Assembly: GCF_006345805.1 (NCBI RefSeq)
Contig: NC_043006.1
Location: forward strand, 12,400,001 to 12,464,000
DNA from: Octopus sinensis
Taxonomy: Eukaryota
Reading direction: 5' to 3'
DNA: 64,000 nt
The number at the start of each line of letters is the position of its first letter. Within the stretch, counting starts at the first letter, position 1. This document shows, piece after piece, positions 52,471 to 64,000 of this stretch. A program made the position numbers and the translations under genes. The notes below the pieces were generated by a model. That model made no database searches. It had not been told where the DNA came from and saw only the letters and a program-made list of their open reading frames with translations.

Positions 52471-53211
52471 GCCTATTCAACACTCATCCTGTTTTTTTTT
52501 TGCTTTGAGTTTTATGATAGGTAAGATAAATGTAGCAGAGTAAACCATTGTACCTCGAGAAGATAAGCAAAAGATATGAGACTTTTATTAACATTTAGTT
52601 ATGCATTTAGCTTATTTAGCTCTTCCCGAAACGTCGATATGCATTGGGTTGCATTTAACTCTTCCCGAAACACCATTAGGCTTCGGGTAGCATTAAATGT
52701 TAACCCTAAAATGAGAGATGCAAGGAAATAATAAACGAGAACTTTCGTCAATGGCAACCCAAGTTAATAACTCCCGAACTCATCGCTGCAGCATCTTAGC
52801 TTCTAATGCAGCTTCCCTATGATGCTGTGTTACTTATAAAGAGGTAAATGGCCTTATCTTATATGTAGGTGTAGTAAGGGATAATGGCTACGAATTGTGT
52901 TTAGCGGCGACAAGATTACGTGTTCGACCCCATTGTGTATCATCTTGAGCAAGTGACATTCCTTATATCTTCTTGTGGAGTAATAACTGGCGAATGTAGT
53001 AGAGAAGACGAAAACTTCACCAAAGACTGTCAGGTGGATTTTATGTCTTTGCCGCTCACATTGTCTTCCTCATTTTCAAGAATTACGTTAAATGTAGATG
53101 TGTCTACGGATTGCTCGTGTCTACGGAATGCTCAGCCAATTCAACATTAATAATAATATAACGACCAGTTAATGATGTGGATTAAAAAAAATATCTTTAA
53201 CATATAAATAT

Positions 53212-53379
53212 AGTCGCAGGAGTGGCTGTGTGGTAAGTAGCTTGCTTATGAACTACATGGTTCCGGGTTCAGTCCCACTGCGTGGCATCTTGGGCAAATG
53301 TCTTCTACTATAGCCTCGGGCCGACCAAAGCCTTGTGAGTGGATTTGGTAGACGGAAACTGAAAGAGGCCTGTCGTATG

Positions 53380-53417
<38 letters not shown>

Positions 53418-53630
53418 TGTGTGTGTGTTTGTGTGTCTGTATTTGTCCCCCTAGCATTGCTTGACAACCGATGCTGGTGTGTTTACGACCCCGTACCACT
53501 TAGCGGTTCGGCAAAATAGACCGATAGAATAAGTACTGGGCTTACAAAGAATAAGTCTCGGGGTCGATTTGCTCGGCTAAAGGCGGTGCTCCAGCATGGC
53601 CGCAGTCAAATGACTGAAACAAGTAAAAGT
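53212..53630 (+). mobile_element. SINE-B, young, full length
   Basis: A-box-like TGGCTGTGTGG, B-box-like GGTTCAGTCCC, internal (TA)/(GT), tail GACTGAAACAAGTAAAAG. Confidence 0.88.
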
Positions 53631-54149
53631 AACGTAAGTATAAATAAATTACAGAAGACTCCCACCATGTGAAAGAAAAACGATCGAAACCAACTGAGTT
53701 TGCTCAATCATAAAACCATTACGTGTAAACTGCAAGATAATTGGTTAAATTATCTAGTTGGAGCCTTCTAAGATGTGCGAAAAGAAAGAAGTCAGTCACT
53801 TTACTACAATTGTCAAGAACTCAACTGTTAGTTAAATACATTTGGAAATCTGACGATTAGTACGAAAGTATGGAAACGCTAATTGAACTTTATGAACATT
53901 ACGAAATATTTTTTAATGTTTAACACATTTCAACATTGTAAACAAACTAATAATTTTTTGAAATATTATAATAATTAAACATGAAAACGAGACCACGTTT
54001 TAACTTTATTCAACTGGTATATTATTCTACACATACACACACACATAGACATACCATTTTATATGCACACTTATGCATAAATATATATATATTTATATAT
54101 ATTTACACACACAGATATGTGTGTGTGTGCATATATATATACATACACA

Positions 54150-54189
<40 letters not shown>

Positions 54190-54437
54190 AAATCATGTAT
54201 ATATGTATGTATGTATGTATGTATGTTTGTACGGATCGATGCACGAGTGTATGTATGTATGCATGTGTATATAATGATATGATTTCGCTTAGGCATAGTT
54301 GCACTAATAACATGTTTTAGAATTTAATATACGTTGAGTATAGAGTGTAATACAAATTTTGGAATGACAGAAGAACAGAAATTCACAATTCCATCGTCAT
54401 TCAATAATTTATATATAGCACATACATTGTACGTACA

Positions 54438-54501
<64 letters not shown>

Positions 54502-56530
54502 TGTCCCCACACACACACACATACATTATATATTCATTATGTGCATGTTCCGAATTTTGCATAGGAGTACATTTTGCCAATAAGACGCTCATAGGCCATG
54601 CTATATGCCATTCCATATTGAAATTTCTCCCTTTGTAGTTCCTGGTTGAAACAATTTGGAATATTGTTTAATATTGTGTGTGACCAGTCTAATAAAATGT
54701 TTCCTAATGATGGATACAAACATAATTTCGCCGGAAACATTAAGGAATAGGATACAAAGACCAACCGACCTCTCATTACTCGGTTCTCAATGAAGTAATA
54801 TGAATACGACACGCTTTTTTTATAGATGTTCAATGTACTTAGTTAACTTCAGTTATGGTAACCATGCAGCGACAGCGCAACATATATGTTTAATTTGCAT
54901 TGTGACAGAACGAAAATGTCGGTTTTAATTATTTCTGACTTTGGTACAAGACCAAATATTTTTGGAGGAGATGGTGGATAAGTCCATCTAATCGGTTTCA
55001 GTACTTGACCGATACTTTATTTCATGAACAGCAGGAATAGGGCTATGGTATGGCAAAGTTCACCTCGGAGAAATTTGAAATGAGAACTTACACAACCTGA
55101 ACAAATAACGACGCTTTAACGATTCTAGCAACACGATGTTTTTTATTATTATTATTAAATTATTAATAATGTAATATGATTATGCACGATGTGTCTATTT
55201 GTTCCAGTCACTTGGTAACATTTCAGTGCAATATTGGTGTTCTTTAACGCAGTCAATTTTGACCAAGCAGACCTGATCTAGATCAAAGGTATTTTTGACA
55301 TGACCATCTCGTACATTTTTGTGTATGTATTTCCTGATATGAACGATTTTTGTTCAATCTGGTGTGTGGTTTGAGTAGAAATTTCGTTGTTATTTCTAGC
55401 AAATTGATAGAGCACAACAGAAGCTTCTTCATTGGTACAAGGTATGAGGATGACTAAAGGAAATAATTTTTTCACGCATAATTTTCGTATAAAAGGAAAC
55501 AGATAATTCTAAACATAAATTCGATGAAAGAAAAAATAAATAAATGAATAAAAATAAAATAAAATAAAATATTCCATTTCATCTTTTTTTCCATGACTTT
55601 GACACGATGGCAACTAAAAAAACAAAACAAGGGAGTAAAAAATACTCAGATGAAACATTTTAAATCTAGCAAAAAAATTTTAGAGATGAGTCGAAATTTT
55701 ATAATTACAAGAACCATTTATCAAAGAGGGAGAAAATGGAATGAAATCTAAGCAAACCTGAACAACTTGAATGGCTGCAAAACTTCATTTATTTATTAAT
55801 TTATTTATTTATTCATTATTATTTGTTAGTGTACAATTTACAACGGTTGGGTTATAATAATGAATATTCTAAAGTTTCAAGTGGACGAATTGAAGACACA
55901 TTTTGAATTGGTGTTAGCCAAAGGGTGTCTTGTTCAATAGGTTACATAAAATTACGCCAATCACCCCAGAGACTAATGCAAGAAGCAAATCTCTTTTCAT
56001 TTTAATTCACTATAACGGAATATGCTAATTTTTGTTTCACTTTTATTTTGAACTGATTCACGTTTTATGAAATATAAACTGTTCCTAGTGATATATCTTT
56101 ATACTATATACATATATTAAGATGCTATATACCAGTACACATAGATACTTACGTTTACATGTACATACATTTATATACATAGAGTCATATATATAAACAT
56201 TTATACTTATATATATATATACAGAGAGAGAGAGGTATAAACATATATTAAAATGTATATGTGTTAATGTATGTATGGTGTTATAGAGTATTAGTTATTA
56301 GTATGATGTTATAGAGTATTATAATTTCTGATTTAGTCATAAGGCTAGTAATTTTGAAGTGAGGTTTTAATTAATTCCTTCGTTTCCCGTACAAGACTGG
56401 TTGTTTATTTTGTCAATCCGAAAATATAACAGGAAAAAAGGACCTCAGCTCAGTAGTATTTAAGATTTGGAAGTTTTAAAATTTGGAAGAAATCTCGGTA
56501 AGCGTTAAGTGGCAGCTCACCACTTAATAC

Positions 56531-57110
56531 TTTTTTTTTGTTCAGTCTTCATTACTATGTATTGAATATAGGGTCGCCACCATTTCATGCCAGTGGAGGA
56601 GATTTGGGGCTTTCTCCTTGTTTTCAGACCAAGAAGAGCCGATTGCTTTCCTTTCATCGTCCACATATTATTTCCAGGTCTTCTTAGGTCGTTCAATTTT
56701 TCTCTTCCTTCAAGTTGCCAGTCTAACGTGCGTTTTGCAATCCTGCTTAGAGATCTTAGGTTTGGACCAACCCAGCCCCATTTCCTTTCCTTTCCAGATT
56801 TCCTTGATTGATGGGACTTTGACTCATTCTATCCCATAGACTTCTGTTTGAAAATATTTTTCCAACCTCCAGATCTCAAAGATGCAGCGCATCCATTGCT
56901 GATGTAGTTCTGTAGCTTACTCTTTATGACTTTGGTGAGCTTCCAAGTTGTTGACCGGCAGAGAAGAACGGCCTCGACGTTGGAACTGAAGATATGAAGC
57001 TTGTTTTGAGGGATACGGCTTTGGAGTTCCAGACAGTTAGAAGAGTGTTAAAGGCACAACAGGCCTTGCCGATCCTGCATCTCACATTCTCTTCTCATCC
57101 ACCCGTCTTT
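56531..57110 (-). pseudogene. RTE-clade LINE, 3' fragment
   Basis: RCRIGKACCAFNTLLTVWNSKAVSLKTK..IFSSNVEAVLL, ISNRSLW, RKWGWVG, RPKKTW; stop at 56542-56544 followed by an A-tail. Confidence 0.85.
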
Positions 57111-59372
57111 GAAGCTTCTTTGATTCAAATAATGCTAACTTGAGAGTTCTCTCCTTTACTTTTCTTGACATTCAATACTAAGATGAATATTTCTTGTGTA
57201 TATTCTATTTTTTGTCACTCCTAACCTCAATTTAATTTTAATTAATTAAATCTTGTTCCGCTCACTGAAGATTATGGAAGCACCAACTAAACTATCACAC
57301 AAAGCAAACCAGGTACGTTTGTTTCCATATTTGAATATTCCATCAATATTAAGAGACATATCTATCGCATGTAAGCACGAAACACTCTTTCAAAAATCAG
57401 TGAATTTCAAAGGATATCTGCAATGCCAATATAATTTTGATGAATCAATACCCAACAAACAAACAAAAGAGTGAATTTATGAAATAAATATTCTAATAAT
57501 TTTATTTTCTATTAGCCAACATCCAGGTATAAAAGAGAGATACGATTTGTTTTTGTTTTTGTTTTTTTACATGTATACGTTTTAATAAGAGTCTAAATAT
57601 AGCAATATCCGCTCGGTGTTTTCCTTTTCAGTAAATTTTGATGTTTATCTAGTTAATAATAATAATATTTGGAGCAAATACTGCACTTCCACCAATAGCA
57701 AAACGTTAATGAGAAAATTTAATAATAAATTAGATTTAAACACCGACAAATTGTAAAGAGATTGCGAATATAGAAGCATCGACGTTATAAAGTGGGCAGC
57801 CTGATATTTATTTCAAACAATGTAGAATAAATTGCCAGTTATATTAAGTTCCGAATACAATGTTCGAAGATTAATTTACCTTGTAAAATAATTAAACTTG
57901 AAATAATTTGCATAGGAAATTTTCTACTTGTAGAATTCATGGAAAACTATGCATTGCAAATCGAATGTACAGACTCCATTAGTGTAAATTTACTAACCCA
58001 TCTGAAAACAATATTTATCACTAAATTGCTAACAATTATAAGTGACTTGAGAAATCGTGCAAGGTTGATGATGAATGTTTTCGAAAGCTGCTACTGATTC
58101 AAGGGTCAAGATTGAGGTACACATGATGAAGTTTCCACAAATATGATATTGGTAGTGTTTCCTCAAACCTAAACGGTTTTAGGACATAGATGTATGGAAC
58201 TAAACTGAAATTGTTTGCACTGACTCCCTGCTTTGATGTTATTTATTTTGGAAAATATCTGAATATTTTCCATCTTTCAATAGAATATTTATTTAAATGA
58301 TTAATAAGTTGAACAGAAAGTATTTACAATTTAAGGTAATTGTGTTTCATGCCAATATATTGTTTTTAAGGTAAATAAATTCTGCACCTGGTGTTTCAGT
58401 GGAAACTAAGTGAGAAATTAATGAAGGAAGAATTTGAAAATGAATTGCTTTAGTAGTAATAGGAAATATGAAAAGAGTATTTTCGTTTATAAAATGGCGA
58501 GTGGGGTAAAAACCGATAGCATTGTTTAGCACTAAGCACCATGTTCAAAGATAGGAATGATTGATGACTATTCAGTAACCTTCTTAGCATGCTGTAACAA
58601 AGGTATAATGTAGCTTGATAAATATTTCACAAAGGCGTTTATACAATAGATTATTTACAAAAGCATCCGTTGCTTTACTACAAAATTATCCAAACAACCA
58701 AAAGTGTAAAGTGTAATTACGTATAACAGTTTTAAATGGGAGGGAAAGGTTTGTGACAAGTCGTTTCCGGTGAACGTTATGCATAAATAAATACCTGTCT
58801 CATGGAGGCTAATTTGTGCCAAATTTAAGCAAATGGAAAACAAAAAGGGAGTTTCTATGCAATTGTTCAAACTACTACAAATAATCGCTAAATATTTTCA
58901 TATCACATCATTCTGTCTTAAAAATGGATAATATGATACCGAAAGTGCACCGACCGAAATAAAAGAAAGATTAGTCACAATTGGAATACGTTTTGATCAT
59001 ATATGACTGCTCAGTCAGGACTGAGCTGTGGCTGAAGAAAACGATCACAGCAATAGTAGACACAGCTATGGTGAAAATAGTGAATAAAAGGTCAGTTACA
59101 TGTTGAGATGTATAGATCTTAGTATCGTTAATAGCCACGAATTGACACATTTATGCCTCACTATTTTCAGCTTGATAAAAGAGGTCAAGCTTACAAATAT
59201 ATGCGATTTGATATTTATAGGATAAGGGGGGAAGGAATAATCGATCATAGGTGGCAAATATAATTACCAAGGCCTTGCTACAAATCGTTACCCTTATTTA
59301 AGGGTATGTAACTAATTACCTAACACACCTATGCTTGAACCTCCTTTACTTATGATTGCAAGTCATGTTTCT

Positions 59373-59606
59373 TATTTCTTTACTACCTACAAGGGGCTAT
59401 ACACAGAGGGGACAAACAAGGACAGACAAACAGATTAAGTCGATTACATCGATCCCAGTGCGTAACTGCTACTTAATTTATCGGCCACGAAAGGATGAAA
59501 GGCAAAGTCGACCTCGGCGGAATTTGAACTCAGAACGTAACGGCAGACGAAATACGGCTACGCATTTCGCCCTGTGTGCTAACGTTTCTGCCAGCTCGCC
59601 GCCTTC
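59373..59606 (-). mobile_element. SINE-A full-length monomer (234 bp), 10-bp TSD
   Basis: TSD TCATGTTTCT at 59363-59372 and 59607-59616; fixes the monomer 3' end as ...AGTAAAGAAATA. Confidence 0.92.
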
Positions 59607-62600
59607 TCATGTTTCTGTAACAGTTAACTTCCAATAAAAGCCTAGGAGAAGCCTGCCATGTTGAATCTGAATATGCAAATTTCTGATTAAATAGCTTTCC
59701 ACTTCTGCCAGATATACTCTTCATTCCCTTGTCATATCTTTTACGAGATTATATCATTCCATCTACATTCTAACGAAGTTCCTGCTCGCAAAACGTCATT
59801 TTCTCGTCAGCATCTCTGACCAATTTCTACTTGTTTGGCTCCAAATAAATTCTTAGATGGACAATACTGGAAGAATCATTCCTAACAAATGCAAAATATC
59901 AGATTTGAGGGCGGATGGTGAGCAACAGGCTGATAGAATCAAAGGACGTGATTAGTAACATATTCTATCGAAATATAAAGTCGACCACGGTGGTATTTGA
60001 ACAGAGAAAGGAAAGAGCCAGAAAAAATCCTGCAAACATAAATATATAATACTTTGTCAGTCACAGTGGGGATTCAGCGCAAATTCTTCCCTTTCACTAC
60101 AAAAATATTACGAAAATATTAGTTCTTGATTGACAGTTTGTAAAAGTAAAACAAACACCCAACAGAAGCAGTACTAACTTAAAATATTAATCTATGTGTT
60201 ATTCTTAAAGTATACACACAAATGACAGGCAAGCTACTGTGGTTGATGTCCGGGATATGATAATATATGGACCTGCTGTGTTTATAAACACAATATATAT
60301 CGGTCGGTGACAAAAACAAGCAGCCACCTGCCTGCCAATGTTGTGTATACATTATGTATAATACATAGACAACTACTTTCACAATCTTATTGTAACGTTC
60401 AGTCGGTAAGTGATTATAACTGATCCAAACATACCATGTGACCATGTTTTGTATCCGGCCTTTGTTTCTTTGTTTCAAGATGTTAGCACTCCTGACCTAC
60501 ACTTTAGCGTTATCTGAACGCCCAGATCCTTATTCTGTTATAACATTAAAAATTAAATTTTTTATTTTTTTATTTTTTTAAAATTTCCTTTTAAAAATCA
60601 AAGAAACTGAATTGAATAGTTTGTTGTTAACTTATTATTTATATATTTCAATAACACAACGCAACAAGTCCGTGCTTAAATCTGTAGCTTCAAAAGTGTT
60701 CACCTCATCGATACTTACTGAACATAATGAAAGGAATGAAATTGAAAGGCTCCTATCAAGGATGCTATTAAAACTAAATTGGTTTATTCACGAAAATATA
60801 TTTTGCATGAAGTGTTTACCCCTTTCTTTTCCCCGATATTTTTATCTTCATTCATTTCCAAAGAAAATGGTAAATATGTGCTACTTGAACCTAAAATGTT
60901 CTATACCCAAATCCTGATTAGCAATTATTAAAGGAGAGTGTTAATATACGTTCCTTTGTTGTTAATTTTTGTTAGGTTCTTCATTTATTGCTCCCCACTC
61001 TTTCCTTTAAATCTATTTTTACAATATATGATCCTTTTATGCCTGTCAGATGCTAGCTTTTGTCTATGTTAAATTTATGCATATTTTCCTCGATAATTTT
61101 CATAATATATAATACATCATTTCAATTCAATGGAAATAGTATACAAGTATAAAACAAAACATAATTTAATAAATTTGTTTTCCAACATTATAGCAAAAAC
61201 ATTGGTGGGAGTAATCAATTATAAGATAATAGAAAGAGAAAAACGTTTTAGATATTCGTTATTAAACCGTAAAAAGCGAAAAGAGAAATTATAATTTTCA
61301 GAGAGGAAGAAACAAAAGATAAAAAGAATAAAAAAGAAGGAATTTATGAAAGACAAGGAAAAGGTTAGATAAACAGAAATATAGAGAGAAAGAGATTGAA
61401 TTGAGAGAACAATTTTTTGAACCAAGGTTGATTTCAACAAGCTGTAATGCTTTAGAAATTAGCGAAAGATTTTGATGAACTTATTATATTCCTGAAACGT
61501 AATGTCCCATTTTTCAAAGCTAGCAGCATTAAATTTACTACTGAATTCACGATTGAAGCAACATCAAGCTAAATTCGCTTCAATTAATTTCATAACAGCC
61601 AGTCGGCCATAACATGGGAGTGAAAAATTCAAAATTACTATTTCAGTTATTCTCAGTGGAGGAATATAACTCAAATGTTCAAGGCTATTACAGGAATATT
61701 GAATGTTAAGATTTTTTTTTAATTGGTCAATAAATCGAAAACTATGATAAAAGGATTGTGTGCAGTTGTCGGCAAGGCTAGCGAGTAAAAATACCTGAGA
61801 TTTTTTTTTTTAATCAGACAAAAATAACACGTTAAAGCGCATCGCCTGTTCCTGTAATGTTTTTAGAATATTATGAATGGGCATTAGAAAGTTATTTTTG
61901 ACATCCCGATATCAATAGGATTGTGGAAGCTTTGCGTTATTCTCATATTGGCATTGGTTAAATATAAATATGTTAAATATGATGCAGTGGCGGTAGGAGG
62001 ATAATCCAGCTTCGATCCACGTGCAACAAATTATCTTCATATACTTTGTTAATGCTCCTATGGAAACCATTAAGTACATAATTTCTATGTCTGAAAGCAC
62101 TAAACTCATTGAATAGCAAAGCTATATGTAGATTAGCCATTTTAATATAGTGATGGGAGCTGAGTTCGAATTCCAGTTATCCAACTTTGTGATGTAATTG
62201 CTGTTTTCAACAGGAAATAATTTATGGCTTCCAAGTTAGAATTTGTCAAATCATTTTCCCTATTAATTCTGCCTAATTCTTTGATTTATTGAGCAAATTG
62301 GTATAGCAGCGTCGTAAATAAGCTTGTGAATTAGATCATGATGCATCGATTAGTAGAGGTGGTTTACACTTCTCACTCGAGCATCCCGCTCACATTTTGA
62401 TGGGGAAAAAAAGAAAACAAGTGATTTCAGATTAGAAGCTTTTAAATGCAGTTAATGGAAGTCCAAAAATGAATTAACAGAATTCAGAATTTAATTATCA
62501 GCCACATTACAGAACGAGTGAAGTAAAAGACCCAACTTTTTGTTGCACAAGCGCGCTAATAATGAAGACTATATTACGTTCTTGATTAAAGCATCCAACA

Positions 62601-63123
62601 CCAGATAATATCATTATTATTCTTGATGTGGGTGTTTCTGTTATATCAATCTGGTGCTGTTTGTTCGGTGTTTGGTTGAACCGAGTTTCATAGTTCCCGA
62701 TGGAACTATATTCCCGATGAAAAATATGGGACAGAATACAGCAATCTCGTTCAGAAGCGCCAAGGAATATTTTTATTAGTTAAATTACCTAATAAGGTAC
62801 TAGAATTGTTACATTACTATAAACATGTAAAAAAAAACGTGATTTTACAGAAGAGATTTGATGCTTCTTTAGACATGGAGTGATGGTTTGCCATCCTAGT
62901 GAAATAACAAGCTTATAGGGGTCAACTTGGAGACCAGCATAGTGATCACTCCATCTGTTTAAAGTTAAGGAAACAGAAGTTTTCTTTTTATATGCAAATG
63001 TCTTAAAAGCGAAGGATTCACTGGATGATACTGTTCGATTTTTATTGTATCAGAAACCCCAAACAGTGAATGATAACGTATACAACATCTTTCATCATAA
63101 TCAACTTGTCCAGAATAGATGTA

Positions 63124-63512
63124 GGAAGCACTCCGTCGGTTACGACGACGAGGGTACCGGTTGATCCGAATCAACGGAACAGCCTGCTCGTGAAATTAAC
63201 GTGTAAGTGGCTGAGCACTCCACAGGCACGTGTACCCTTAACGTAATTCTCGGGGGATATTCAGCGTGACACAGAGAGTGACAAGGCCGGCCCTTTGAAA
63301 TACAGGTACAACAGAAACAGGACGTAAGAGTGAGAGAAAGTTGTGGTGAAAGAGTACAGCAGGGATCACCACCATCCCCTGCCGGAGCCTCGTGGAGCTT
63401 TAGGTGTTTTCGCTCAATAAACACTCACAACGCCCGGTCTGGGAATCGAAACCACGATCCTATGACCGCGAGTCCGCTGCCCTAACCACTGGGCCATTGC
63501 GCCTCCACTTAG
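63124..63512 (-). mobile_element. SINE-C full length, 13-bp TSD
   Basis: TSD CAGAATAGATGTA at 63111-63123 and 63513-63525. Confidence 0.92.
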
Positions 63513-63642
63513 CAGAATAGATGTATAATGGGGGTTAAACAGCATCATCACCAACAAAAGTGACAACAACGATGTTCTACTAACATAAGCTCCTTAAACA
63601 AACGATTACAGAGAGGACAATGCAGAAAAAGTTACAAGTTAC

Positions 63643-64000
<358 letters not shown>

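Noticed and set aside
52491-52540. Plus-strand TAG|GTAAGA after a T-tract
   Set aside because: An intervening AG and purines weaken the acceptor and no downstream donor was seen; it is much weaker than the 51570 site.
52646-52706. Imperfect ~24-bp hairpin with a preceding direct repeat
   Set aside because: Many mismatches and a single occurrence; probably a decayed small palindromic repeat.
62510-62775. About 90-codon open frame on the minus strand with a small internal hairpin
   Set aside because: No start codon or convincing splice acceptor, and no recognisable domain.
63440-63512. tRNA-Arg-like sequence (also the heads of SINE-A, B and D)
   Set aside because: It has no complete acceptor stem and continues into a SINE body bounded by a TSD, so it is a SINE head rather than a tRNA gene.

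Overview
Eukaryotic, AT-rich, repeat-dense and gene-poor DNA. I infer a coleoid cephalopod, most likely Octopus, from the very dense (TA)n/(CA)n/(TAA)n microsatellites and four tRNA-derived SINE families (my labels A-D; no database was consulted). I cannot support any intact protein-coding gene. Most listed ORFs are microsatellite translations. The recognisable coding remnants are all from transposons: three mariner copies, one Tc1 with both TIRs, a Penelope GIY-YIG domain, two (TAA)n-embedded R4/Dong LINEs and an RTE LINE. Four ~400-bp non-autonomous Helitrons, a Helentron-type element and six copies of a ~200-240-bp element carrying a minimal hammerhead ribozyme motif are also present. Best leads: (1) SINE-A multimers with a fixed junction at a hairpin loop, seen at three loci (184-bp period); (2) a (TA)n-associated hammerhead element with an atypical core, twice in tail-to-tail pairs; (3) a minus-strand CAG|GTAAGT site with a second donor 59 nt downstream, resembling a recursive splice site; (4) a ~600-bp inverted duplication 6.6 kb from its donor; (5) Helitron length held at 394-400 bp despite different contents. 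Coordinates were read by eye; ends of degraded elements are approximate.
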